A stretch of DNA of 64,000 nucleotides from IMG/VR virus record IMGVR_UViG_3300026136_000008. One strand, 5' to 3'. The notes below the pieces were generated by a model. The model did no database searches. It saw only the letters and a program-made list of their open reading frames with translations, and was not told the DNA's origin. The position numbers and the translations under genes were made by a program. Position 1 is the stretch's first letter. Every line of letters begins with the position of its first letter. Of the stretch, positions 27,820-37,059 are shown piece after piece. The stretch is from a virus.

Positions 27820-29021
27820 TTAAAATAATCTTTCATACCGCCTTCTCTATATGTATCTAATGTTAAACAATGCAGACCTCCATCCCAAAAATTCCTATGT
27901 CTAAATCTGCAGTATACTGCTTCAACTCCATGTTGCTTCAATTTGTCATGTACTTCTTTTTGATAGTTTAAAGATAGACTTACATTTTCATTTACCGCAA
28001 GCATATTTACTTCGAACAATGTTTCTTCTGCTTTTCCAACCCATTCACTACACCATCTATCTATAAAGCTTACAAGATCTGGATTCTCTTTAGCTTCTGG
28101 ATGCCACCATCTTCCATTAGTTATTCCTTTTTCTTTTTTCCAATCTACATTATCTTCCCATTTCATATAATTAGGATGTTCTATTCTTAATACATCCCAT
28201 CCAGGCAACGTATCTTTAAAGTGGCCTTTTCCTAACCACGGACCACAAACAACTAAGCCTGGTTTTGGTAAATTCATTGAACCATCATTATGACCACCAA
28301 TTGCTGTATTTGCACCTTCATATTGCGGGTATCTATCTAATAAAAAATCTGCAAGATTAGACCAATCTTCTTGGTCAATAATAAGCCTATTACCTACACG
28401 ATGTACGGCTGGTGCCCAGAATCCCCATGTGTGATTCCTCATCTTTTCGGTACGGCCAGTTGGTTTGAGAGGCCCTAAAGGTTCATTCCATTTTTCAGGA
28501 TCTAATAGCTTACCATTAGAATCTACTTTATATTTATTCTTACGATATTCATGTATAGCATCTTGAAATGGCAAATCAAGTACTGCAGGATTAAATATTC
28601 CACCGTTTACATCTACTTCATCATGCCACATATGATCACAATATACTATCTTATCACCAAGGGTTATAAAATCATCACGCGGTGTAAGACATGGTTTAGG
28701 TATACCTATGACACCTTCTCTTCTTTCATGTTCTACATATTCACCAAAACTTAAATAGTTACCACCTTTTGATCCGAGTGCACTAACACGATTAGGAGGC
28801 ATGCGTACTACATCAACACCCATATCCTCTAATGTCTTTTGAATATTATCTAAATCTTGATGTGTTTCAAATAATATTTTTTGCATGAGATCACGAAGCT
28901 TATGATCACGTATATCTTCAAAAAACTCTGGTGTGAATACATTACCAAGTACAACTTGTTTTAATGGATCCCATCCATTATATGCATTTGCCTTATTTAC
29001 TTTATATTGATTCGAATCCAT
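27816..29021 (-). CDS. Amidinotransferase (glycine/inosamine amidinotransferase family)
   Basis: NAYNGWDPLKQVVLG, PRDD, GHNDG, GGLHCLTLD (Asp-His-Cys triad). Confidence 0.88.
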   Translation of the reverse strand: MDSNQYKVNKANAYNGWDPLKQVVLGNVFTPEFFEDIRDHKLRDLMQKILFETHQDLDNIQKTLEDMGVDVVRMPPNRVSALGSKGGNYLSFGEYVEHERREGVIGIPKPCLTPRDDFITLGDKIVYCDHMWHDEVDVNGGIFNPAVLDLPFQDAIHEYRKNKYKVDSNGKLLDPEKWNEPLGPLKPTGRTEKMRNHTWGFWAPAVHRVGNRLIIDQEDWSNLADFLLDRYPQYEGANTAIGGHNDGSMNLPKPGLVVCGPWLGKGHFKDTLPGWDVLRIEHPNYMKWEDNVDWKKEKGITNGRWWHPEAKENPDLVSFIDRWCSEWVGKAEETLFEVNMLAVNENVSLSLNYQKEVHDKLKQHGVEAVYCRFRHRNFWDGGLHCLTLDTYREGGMKDYFK

Positions 29022-29472
29022 CTATTGTCCACCTGTCATCTATCCATGCTACTGGATTCATTACCTCAAATCCATCTATTTTTTGTTTATACTCATCAGC
29101 TCCGCCGATATACAAGTATTTATAACCTAATTCTTTATATATTGCACACTCGTTACGTAAGCTCTTTATACCTAAATGTAATTTAGGATTAGCATAGTCC
29201 CAAGCAAATTGATAACACTCAGCGTTATGTTCATCAAATTCAGCTATCATACTAAATGCTACAAGTACATCTCCATCATAATATCCTATTACCGTATTCT
29301 CTTTAAACTCAATATCAAACAAAGGCATAACACTATTGAATTTGTGATAATTACAGTACTTGTAATATATTTCTCTTAGCTGATTAGGGTCTGGATTAAG
29401 TAGTATTTCATGCGAACCTATTTTTTTATACTTTGTTTTTTCTAAATTAATTCTTGCATAGGAGTAACTCAT
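29002..29472 (-). CDS. Arg/Leu-tRNA-protein transferase (ATE/Bpt) C-terminal-like GNAT
   Basis: GYYDGDVLVAFS..FAWDY..LHLGIKSL..E..LGYKYLYIG..YK; likely start MSYSY. Confidence 0.6.
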   Translation of the reverse strand: MSYSYARINLEKTKYKKIGSHEILLNPDPNQLREIYYKYCNYHKFNSVMPLFDIEFKENTVIGYYDGDVLVAFSMIAEFDEHNAECYQFAWDYANPKLHLGIKSLRNECAIYKELGYKYLYIGGADEYKQKIDGFEVMNPVAWIDDRWTIDGFESI

Positions 29473-29933
29473 CCCACAAATCTCCAAGACACAACATCAT
29501 TTAAATTTTCTACTGACCAGTTAGCATAGTATCCTCTGTCTTTAAGGATATTGCTAGCCTCATTAATTGCACTTAGTCTCTGTACTAGTACTAATATACA
29601 TTTACCAAAATTCATCTTCGCGCCATTAATAATTTCTTCATCATGCGGATGATCTTCTAATGCAACAATATCCATAGCCATTGCGTTATGATTAAATTCT
29701 GTTACAATATCAGATAACTCTTTTGGTGTATAATTTTTAGTGGGGGTATAGAGACATACTACTTGATAATCATCATTAAAATCTGTACTGTAATCCTCAA
29801 GAGACTTGCGGATGTCATTAGTTTTAACATAATTGATTAATGCGTTTCGTGCATATGGACATGGTACAGTGCCAAGTTTTTCGTTATGAACAGATACGAA
29901 TTTATCTATCCATTTTTCGATTGATTTTTGCAT
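29469..29933 (-). CDS. DUF1415-like protein
   Basis: WIDKFV...PCPYAR, DHP, LVQRLS. Confidence 0.5.
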   Translation of the reverse strand: MQKSIEKWIDKFVSVHNEKLGTVPCPYARNALINYVKTNDIRKSLEDYSTDFNDDYQVVCLYTPTKNYTPKELSDIVTEFNHNAMAMDIVALEDHPHDEEIINGAKMNFGKCILVLVQRLSAINEASNILKDRGYYANWSVENLNDVVSWRFVG

Positions 29934-29948
29934 AATATAAGTGCCTCA

Positions 29949-30401
29949 TTATAAAAATTGGTAATAGGAATATTTGAAATTAACAACAGCCGTAAGATAT
30001 TCTACATCGGTTGTGGTGATATCAAATGGTAGGGACGAAATCATTGTCGGGTAAGCGTCCACAAATTTGATTTGTTTTGTGACATTATTTGCTGAATTCA
30101 TAATAGTAAGCGTCAAGTCACGTGTAGCATTAGTTGAATGATTAGATTCAACATTACTCTTTATCCAATCAAAGATCTCTTTATAGTTTAAAAGATCTTC
30201 GTCAATTAGATATGATATCTCAAATGAACCAAATACTATTTTATCTGATGGTATTCCAGCGTCAATCTGTTTAAATGGTAAAGGAGCGCCGTCCGCAGAT
30301 ACATCCGGAAGGATCATTGTTTGAATCGTAAATTCTGCACCAGAATAGGTTTGACTATCTAATGTTAAAACGAACGATGATGGATTTAAAAAGTTTGGCA
30401 T
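29949..30401 (-). CDS. gp3: Tail tube terminator/completion protein
   Basis: NFLNPSSFVL, LIDEDLLNYKEIFDW, FVDAYPT; synteny after gp23. Confidence 0.82.
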   Translation of the reverse strand: MPNFLNPSSFVLTLDSQTYSGAEFTIQTMILPDVSADGAPLPFKQIDAGIPSDKIVFGSFEISYLIDEDLLNYKEIFDWIKSNVESNHSTNATRDLTLTIMNSANNVTKQIKFVDAYPTMISSLPFDITTTDVEYLTAVVNFKYSYYQFL

Positions 30402-30402
30402 A

Positions 30403-31239
30403 CTATATATTTATAAGGTTCCTATACTCTGTTATTAATTGTTTTTTATTTGGTAATGGATCTTCTTGTATTGCTATTAATAATTTATCGTATTCTTCTT
30501 CATCACCTTCTAATAACTTTCCTATATCTAAATACAGTACTAAGTCTCCTCCTGGCACACCGTATGGTTTAATTTTATCTAAATATGCTGACCATGTTTC
30601 CCACTTCTCTGCCCAATTGTTTCTAGTTAAAGTGTGATTTTTCGGATGCATAAAAGGTGCATTTTTATTATAGTCTAAATATCTCATCCACCTATCTAAA
30701 AGATTATCAAATAATGTACTACGGATAACAGGAAGTATTACTTTTTTAGGATTCATTACTCTCATAACATAATTATATTCGGCCTGATCAATCATAACTT
30801 CATTATAATGAAGTTCGTGATTAGGTAATACCTTTAGAAAGTCTTTTGTGGCATTTTCCCTTTTAGCCAAAACTTTTGGATCTCCAAAAGTAGCTCTACC
30901 CATTGGGGACATTCTTACTTCTATTGTTTCTTCATGATTATACCAATCAGAACCGTAACATCCTACATCTATGCCACCTTCTTTTACATTAATATCATAC
31001 TTAGGAAAACTGTCATGTTGATTGACAAAAAAAGTTAACCATGATCCACATTGCCCAGCCCTATATAAACACAGATAATATTCCATATTTTCACTATAAC
31101 CTTTAAATTTATCTAAATGGTGCTTACGAAACTCTAAATACTGATTTGCACGCAACTTATTTTTTGAGTCTGTATTATCGCGATAATACTTTAAGCTTTC
31201 AGTAGTATGGCCTTCAAATTTATAGTTTTGTTTTTCCAT
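30403..31239 (-). CDS. Hypothetical protein (possible sulfotransferase-like fold)
   Basis: LYRAGQCGSWLTFFVNQH; own late promoter at 31249-31256. Confidence 0.55.
   Translation of the reverse strand: MEKQNYKFEGHTTESLKYYRDNTDSKNKLRANQYLEFRKHHLDKFKGYSENMEYYLCLYRAGQCGSWLTFFVNQHDSFPKYDINVKEGGIDVGCYGSDWYNHEETIEVRMSPMGRATFGDPKVLAKRENATKDFLKVLPNHELHYNEVMIDQAEYNYVMRVMNPKKVILPVIRSTLFDNLLDRWMRYLDYNKNAPFMHPKNHTLTRNNWAEKWETWSAYLDKIKPYGVPGGDLVLYLDIGKLLEGDEEEYDKLLIAIQEDPLPNKKQLITEYRNLINI
30408..30415 (-). promoter_or_regulatory. T4 late promoter, 6 nt before gp3 ATG
   Basis: TATAAATA-TATAGT-ATG. Confidence 0.75.
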
Positions 31240-31258
31240 AATAAAATTTATTTATAAT

Positions 31259-31285
31259 AAAAAAAATCCCCCAATGAAGGGGGAT
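31259..31285 (-). terminator. Rho-independent terminator after gp23
   Basis: ATCCCCC-TTCATT-GGGGGAT followed by T run. Confidence 0.85.
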
Positions 31286-31305
31286 CTTCTTGTGTACCTA
31301 AAAAA

Positions 31306-32613
31306 TTACAGGTTAGTAACCTTACGTTTTCTGTAGTATACGTTGTTACCAGCTCCAGCAGTAACGAACGGATTGTCCGCAATACCGTAACGAGTTTTGA
31401 ATCCGATTCTTGGTTGGAAATCATTCTCACCAATTGTCTTCATCATGCTTAATGGAACATACGGGCAGTAGAACATACCAGCGTCATATGGGTTTGCACC
31501 CTTATAACCAACTGTGAAGTAGTCTACAGCAGCATATGGATCAATGTAAACAGCAATGTTACCGTTTAAAGTACCAGCTCTAAGTGAACCAGTTACATCA
31601 GAATCCATTTGTTGAGCACCTAGTGCACCCATGCCAGTATCCATAACGCCAGCAGCATTTAGAGCCGCAGCAACGTTGTTAGATACCATTACCCAGTTAC
31701 CCTTACCGCGACGAGTGTCAACAGCAATTTTGTTAGCTTCGTGCTCAATTGCTTGAACAAGAGCTTTGTAACGCTCAATTGACCAACGAGCACCACCGTT
31801 ATCAGTAGCGTTAGTTGCATTCCATGTACCAGCAGATGCACCACGAGTAGATGTCTTAGAATTAACGTTTACTAAACGGATAATCTCACGATTCATTTCA
31901 GCCAAGATTTCAGTTGAAAGGATGTTCGCAAGCTCTGTCTCAGCAGAAAGACCGTGAATAGCTTTAAGGTCTTGTGCTAATTCAGTTGTGTACTCAGCTT
32001 TAAGAGCACGAGACTTTGCAGTCACAGTAGTCTTATCGATTGAGAACGCCATCTCAGGGATAGCAGGTGAACCTGATGTACCTTGAGCTTCAGCAGTTGC
32101 CAAAGTATTACCACTACCAGGTGTGTAGTCATCAACTGTATCATCATCGTCAGAAGCAGCAGGTGCGCCACTAACAGTAGATGTATCACCAGCAAACGGA
32201 TCGTCAGACTTTAATTCTGAACCACTGTCTGCACCAGAGAATGCAGTATCTGCTTCGTTAAATAACGCTTCAGTACCACCTTGAGTTGAATAACGTGATT
32301 TCATTGCAAAGATTAGGCCAGTTGGTCCAGTCATTGGCTGTACGCCAACTAGATCAAATGCTAACATTGCAGGAGTTGCACGTCTAACTAGTGAGATAAG
32401 AACTGGATCCCAGTTATCAACACCCGAGCCGTTACTCATATTAGCTGCAGCAGCCTCAGTTAACTGACGCTCCTCCATAAAGGCTTTTTCTTGGTTCTCA
32501 AGAACAACAGCAGTTACCGAGCGCTTGTGAGCGTCTGCGATAGTGCCAGCATCTTTCGAATTAAGAACAGGAGCCCATTTTTCCTGTAATTGAACTTGAT
32601 TAATAGCTTCCAT
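31306..32613 (-). CDS. gp23: Major capsid protein
   Basis: GVQPMTGPTGLIFAM, KSRALKAEYT.ELAQDLKAIHG, FYCPYVPL, FQPRIGFKTRYG. Confidence 0.99.
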   Translation of the reverse strand: MEAINQVQLQEKWAPVLNSKDAGTIADAHKRSVTAVVLENQEKAFMEERQLTEAAAANMSNGSGVDNWDPVLISLVRRATPAMLAFDLVGVQPMTGPTGLIFAMKSRYSTQGGTEALFNEADTAFSGADSGSELKSDDPFAGDTSTVSGAPAASDDDDTVDDYTPGSGNTLATAEAQGTSGSPAIPEMAFSIDKTTVTAKSRALKAEYTTELAQDLKAIHGLSAETELANILSTEILAEMNREIIRLVNVNSKTSTRGASAGTWNATNATDNGGARWSIERYKALVQAIEHEANKIAVDTRRGKGNWVMVSNNVAAALNAAGVMDTGMGALGAQQMDSDVTGSLRAGTLNGNIAVYIDPYAAVDYFTVGYKGANPYDAGMFYCPYVPLSMMKTIGENDFQPRIGFKTRYGIADNPFVTAGAGNNVYYRKRKVTNL

Positions 32614-32637
32614 TTTAATTTTCTCCTTAAATATGGA

Positions 32638-33726
32638 TTACTTTGTACGCTCGATTGCGCTAAGATATCTCTTCATGTTATCAGAAACATCTTGTTCTTG
32701 TGTATCCTCAGTAATAGCATCAACTTCCGGAGTTGCTTCTACCGTGGTATCTTTCTTAAGGTAAGATTCCTTAATTGTTGCTACTTTAGATGCAAAAGTT
32801 TCATTATCATCAGCTTCAACAGCTTCTGCTAATTCTTTTACTTTTGCCGCTTCAGTTGCTGCTAAACCTTCACATGCTTCAGCTACGATTTCCTTACGTT
32901 GGTAAGCTTTAACTTGCTCACCAAGTTCCATAGCTTTTGCAGTTGCGTCATTTAATTGAGCTTTAGCATCTTTAGCTTCTTCAGATAGTGCATCTAAGAT
33001 GTCACCCTTATCTTCAGGAACGTTGATGTGGTGCTCAGCAAATAACTGGCCTAGTGAATCAATAAATGACTCAGTGATTTCAGACTTCAAAGAATGCTCA
33101 ATTGCAACTTCGTTATCCTTCATCCAGTTTTCAACTACATATGTTAAGTAGCCGTCAACCTTGTCAACTAAATCTTCTTTAATAGCTTCAACTTCGCCTG
33201 CTAAATCAGATGCATAACGCTCTTCTAATTTTGCAGTTTCAGCAATGATTTTAGATTGCAGTGCAGCTTCAAAAATAGTCTCAGCTCTGGCTTTGAAACC
33301 TTCAGATAATGTATCTTCGTCTTTAATTAACGCATCAACATCTTCTTTAAATTTCTTTTCCATTACTTCGCCTTCAGAACCGTCATCAGCTTTGACTTTC
33401 TTCTTACTAGTCTTTTTAGCTTTAGGATCGGTTGCTTCTTTCTTAGCTTTACCTTCTTCTACATCGCCTTCATCTTCATCGCCTTCATCGTCCTCTTCTT
33501 CTTCATCGTCTTCGACCTTAGCTTGTGCTTCGGCTTTCTTCGCTGCTTCAAAAATGGCGTCAAGGCCCTCTTTAGACATTCCTGCCATAGAGGCTTGTAT
33601 TGCTGATACTGTACGAGCTTCCGTAAGAGGTGCTTCAGGTGTTTCCACCTCAGCTTCTACTTCCGTATCCTCTACGATAACCTCTGCTACATCTTCAACA
33701 ATCTCGTCTTGAATTTTCTCAGACAT
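32638..33726 (-). CDS. gp22: Prohead core scaffolding protein
   Basis: Acidic coiled coil, TIFEAA, VDGYLTYVVENW; synteny. Confidence 0.93.
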   Translation of the reverse strand: MSEKIQDEIVEDVAEVIVEDTEVEAEVETPEAPLTEARTVSAIQASMAGMSKEGLDAIFEAAKKAEAQAKVEDDEEEEDDEGDEDEGDVEEGKAKKEATDPKAKKTSKKKVKADDGSEGEVMEKKFKEDVDALIKDEDTLSEGFKARAETIFEAALQSKIIAETAKLEERYASDLAGEVEAIKEDLVDKVDGYLTYVVENWMKDNEVAIEHSLKSEITESFIDSLGQLFAEHHINVPEDKGDILDALSEEAKDAKAQLNDATAKAMELGEQVKAYQRKEIVAEACEGLAATEAAKVKELAEAVEADDNETFASKVATIKESYLKKDTTVEATPEVDAITEDTQEQDVSDNMKRYLSAIERTK

Positions 33727-33744
33727 TGTATTCTCCTATAGAGA

Positions 33745-34395
33745 TTATAGTTTAGAGAGGAAATGCTCAAAACCTTTAGTTTGTTGCTCTTCAGAGAACT
33801 CAACTTTAGATTCTTTCACTTCTGTCTCACCTTCATCAATTACCTTAACGAAATGACCAGGTCTATCCTGCTCAAAAGAAACACCTTCCATAATGCCATT
33901 TACATAAGCATTAGGGGCAGATGGATCTTGAACGATATCAACTGTGTTTAGCATAAAATCATCTGCTACATAGTTGGCACCATTTTTCATTGTAAGGCTT
34001 CCCATACCACGACTTGACACTCCTAGTTGAACGCCACCTTCAACAAGACCTTTTACAATCTTACCCATAGGTGTATCCAAAATAAGTGCTTTTCCTAACA
34101 CATTATTACCGTCCCATTTAAGTTCAGTAATTCTGTGCGAAACTTTATCCAAATTAATGGAAGGACCGTCCGGGTGATTAAGCTCACCTACCGCACGTCC
34201 TGTAAGTACTTGCTCGTTAACGAATTTGTCAACTGCCTTTGTAAGAACTTCTCTGGTATAAATTCTACCATTCTTATTCTTATTCTCAGCTTGCATAAAG
34301 ACACCTTCTAAAAAGGTACTCTTCTTGCCAGTTTTCGCATCCTCTTGGATAGAATAACCCAACTGATTCTGAGTATACTCTGTGATTAACTTCAT
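33745..34395 (-). CDS. gp21: Prohead protease
   Basis: NKNGRIY, GELNHP, GVSSRGMGS, DIVQDPSAP. Confidence 0.97.
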   Translation of the reverse strand: MKLITEYTQNQLGYSIQEDAKTGKKSTFLEGVFMQAENKNKNGRIYTREVLTKAVDKFVNEQVLTGRAVGELNHPDGPSINLDKVSHRITELKWDGNNVLGKALILDTPMGKIVKGLVEGGVQLGVSSRGMGSLTMKNGANYVADDFMLNTVDIVQDPSAPNAYVNGIMEGVSFEQDRPGHFVKVIDEGETEVKESKVEFSEEQQTKGFEHFLSKL

Positions 34396-34653
34396 TTATG
34401 CTCCCATTAATTTGATGAATTCTTTTATTGCCGCTTCAGCAGCAATTTGATCTTTATATGTATCAAGTTTGAGACCGTCTATATACAAGTTAAAATTCTT
34501 GTTTCCCGCTTTCTGTTGTGTAATAACAGCCTCTATATTTTTCTTTTTGCCAAGCTTTTTAAATTGCTTGACTACTTTTTCTCCACCACCGAGCTTTAAT
34601 TTAGCTTCTAATACCTCATTAAATGATTCCTTAAACGTCAGCATCCGCTTCAA
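34396..34653 (-). CDS. Small basic prohead core protein (gp68 position)
   Basis: Between portal and protease; MLTFKESFNEVLE resembles a capsid-targeting leader. Confidence 0.55.
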   Translation of the reverse strand: MKRMLTFKESFNEVLEAKLKLGGGEKVVKQFKKLGKKKNIEAVITQQKAGNKNFNLYIDGLKLDTYKDQIAAEAAIKEFIKLMGA

Positions 34654-34861
34654 CTTCTCCTGTTACTTCGACTTCAGTCTCCGCAGCAGGTTCTTCAACT
34701 GCAGGAGCGTCATCAGATGCTCCATACATTTTAGAAGCAACTTCTTGTTTATGTGTATCCAATGCGTCAATCAATTTATCATGCATAATACTATTAAAAG
34801 TATTGTTGCTTGCTTGCGCATCGCCCGATTTTATATTATCAATTAAGTCTCTTGTGCTCAT
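34631..34861 (-). CDS. Acidic prohead core protein (gp67-like)
   Basis: Position after gp20, acidic tail, late promoter at 34877-34884. Confidence 0.6.
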   Translation of the reverse strand: MSTRDLIDNIKSGDAQASNNTFNSIMHDKLIDALDTHKQEVASKMYGASDDAPAVEEPAAETEVEVTGEVEADADV

Positions 34862-34927
34862 AATCTCTCTGTTAAGTATTTATAAAAATGTTTATTTCCA
34901 GTAAACTTTTTGTAATACGACCTGTAA

Positions 34928-36439
34928 TTAGATCGTACCACGTGCCAAATCAGGGTTAAAGTCATCTGGAGTAACAGGATCATCAATGTTTTGCTTCGCA
35001 ATATCTTTGATCTCATCATCAGTCAACTTAAGAATATTTCTACGTACCCAGTCTTTAGACCAGAACGTACCAATATATTCGTCCATCATTTGAACTGTTT
35101 CTATACGTTCTTTAAGAATTTCAGCATCCTTAAGTTCAGAATAGTAATTGTCTCTGGAATATTCTACAACAATATCTTCACGGATATTTACCCAGTCACT
35201 TGGCACAATAATCTTTTTAAGGATTAATTGCCTCTTCAGTGCTTCATAGAATAATGTTGAGAATTTAGTTCGGCAACGATCAATAAATTTCTGGAATTTA
35301 AGTTCGTCACGCGTAATTTCTGAAGATCGACCGACAGAAAATGCATCTGCTTCAGTCAATCTTGACATAGGAACATTTAATGCCCTATATAATTTTTGTT
35401 GGAAGTATTGAATATCTTCAATCTCACCAAGGTTAGAACCTCCTGGAAGAGTGTCAATTTCAGTACCACGACCACCCTCTCTACGAGGTAGCCAAAAGTC
35501 TTCCATAATATTACGATGAATCTTTTCGTCTTTTAGATTACCAGTAGAAGGATCATATACGACCTTATTACGATATCTGTTCATCGTGTTATTTAAATAT
35601 TCTTCAGCTTTCTGCTTAGGTAGATTACCAACATCTATATAAAATATTCTACGTTCAGGCGCTCTCGATATACGATAGATAACTAACGAGTCTTCCATCA
35701 TACTTAATTGGTTAATAGGTTTAAGGGCTTTATTTAAGTAGCCAATAACCTTATTGCGTTCTTCGTTTAATAGACCTGAGTTAACCTGAATAATAGCATC
35801 AGTATTAATACGTAATCCTTCGCCAGATTGTGTCATCTGATCATCTTGATATAGGTAATATTCTCCTACCTCTTTTATAAGCTCAGCACCAGTCTTAGGA
35901 TCTTTAACCTTCTCAGTTTCTTTGACCTTACGAATTTTTGTAGGATCAACTTGTCTCATCTCAATTATACCAGCATCAAGCTTTGAATCATTAATAATAA
36001 CATGATAGAATAAACGTCCATCAATATACCAACGTCTAAATATATCGTATGCTGTATCTTTAAAGTTAGTTAAACTAAGAATCCTATCAAATTCATCTTG
36101 AATAAGCTCTTTAACTTTATCTGCTTGGTCTAAGTTATCAAGGTTTAGCTTAGCTATGACACCACTTTCTTCTGTAATTGCCTCATTACATATATCTTCA
36201 ATAGCCATATCCACTTCAGGATATGAAGCTACCGAACGGTATTTCATAATTAAGTCTTTGTCTGATTTATATTTGTCACCATGTACATCCATGTACTGGC
36301 CAAAATAGCCACCGGTCGGTGATATCTCGTATGCACCATCCTCATTATCCGCTGCGAATGATACCGGTTTTTTGTTTGTCTCTATTGCTTTCCTTTTAAA
36401 TTGGAAACCGAATAGTGATCTTCCTTCGTTTTCTGCCAT
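34928..36439 (-). CDS. gp20: Portal vertex protein
   Basis: YRISRAPERRIFYIDVGNLP, EDFWLPRREGGRGTEI; late promoter at 36472-36479. Confidence 0.99.
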   Translation of the reverse strand: MAENEGRSLFGFQFKRKAIETNKKPVSFAADNEDGAYEISPTGGYFGQYMDVHGDKYKSDKDLIMKYRSVASYPEVDMAIEDICNEAITEESGVIAKLNLDNLDQADKVKELIQDEFDRILSLTNFKDTAYDIFRRWYIDGRLFYHVIINDSKLDAGIIEMRQVDPTKIRKVKETEKVKDPKTGAELIKEVGEYYLYQDDQMTQSGEGLRINTDAIIQVNSGLLNEERNKVIGYLNKALKPINQLSMMEDSLVIYRISRAPERRIFYIDVGNLPKQKAEEYLNNTMNRYRNKVVYDPSTGNLKDEKIHRNIMEDFWLPRREGGRGTEIDTLPGGSNLGEIEDIQYFQQKLYRALNVPMSRLTEADAFSVGRSSEITRDELKFQKFIDRCRTKFSTLFYEALKRQLILKKIIVPSDWVNIREDIVVEYSRDNYYSELKDAEILKERIETVQMMDEYIGTFWSKDWVRRNILKLTDDEIKDIAKQNIDDPVTPDDFNPDLARGTI

Positions 36440-36486
36440 TTAATATTCCTTTAACACTCTTTCCTAAATATTATTTATAACACTTA

Positions 36487-36509
36487 GAAAAGAGTGCCCG
36501 AGGGCACTC
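36487..36509 (-). terminator. Rho-independent terminator after gp19
   Basis: GAGTGCC-CTCG-GGCACTC-TTTT. Confidence 0.8.
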
Positions 36510-36529
36510 CTTAATGTTATATCGATGAT

Positions 36530-37057
36530 TTACGTTGTCTTATTAGACTCCCAATACTGAACTTGCATTTCAACTTCAAACTCTTCGATTGTGTCACCTG
36601 TCTCATAACTTAGTTCAATAGCACCTAAGTTAGTTGGGAAAACACCACGAATGTTATAAGTTTTCTTTGTTGTACCATCTTTGTCCAATTGCTCAACGAT
36701 CATATCCGCCATATAAGAACTAGGTTGTGTTAAACCTGTATTCTGTTTATGTTGGTTAATACCGTTCATCCATTGTTCAAAAGAATTACGTACATTAAAG
36801 TCAGTATCGTTAATCACAGTCACAGACCATGGATCAAACGTTCTGTCACCAGCTACTTTCAACTGACGGCCACGAAATGGAACTTCGATTGCCGCAATTT
36901 GTGATGCTGGCATACTTGTCGCTTTACACATGTATGATGCCAATTCTACATTCGCAGTTACATAACTTGGGAAAGCCATTGTAACTTTGAATAAATTAGG
37001 TCTAGCACCGCCGCCAATTAGTTTGGCTTTCATATCATCTACGCCTAATATTGCCAT
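36530..37057 (-). CDS. gp19: Tail tube protein
   Basis: GGARPNLF, FRGRQLKVAGDRTFDPW. Confidence 0.96.
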   Translation of the reverse strand: MAILGVDDMKAKLIGGGARPNLFKVTMAFPSYVTANVELASYMCKATSMPASQIAAIEVPFRGRQLKVAGDRTFDPWSVTVINDTDFNVRNSFEQWMNGINQHKQNTGLTQPSSYMADMIVEQLDKDGTTKKTYNIRGVFPTNLGAIELSYETGDTIEEFEVEMQVQYWESNKTT

Positions 37058-37059
37058 CT

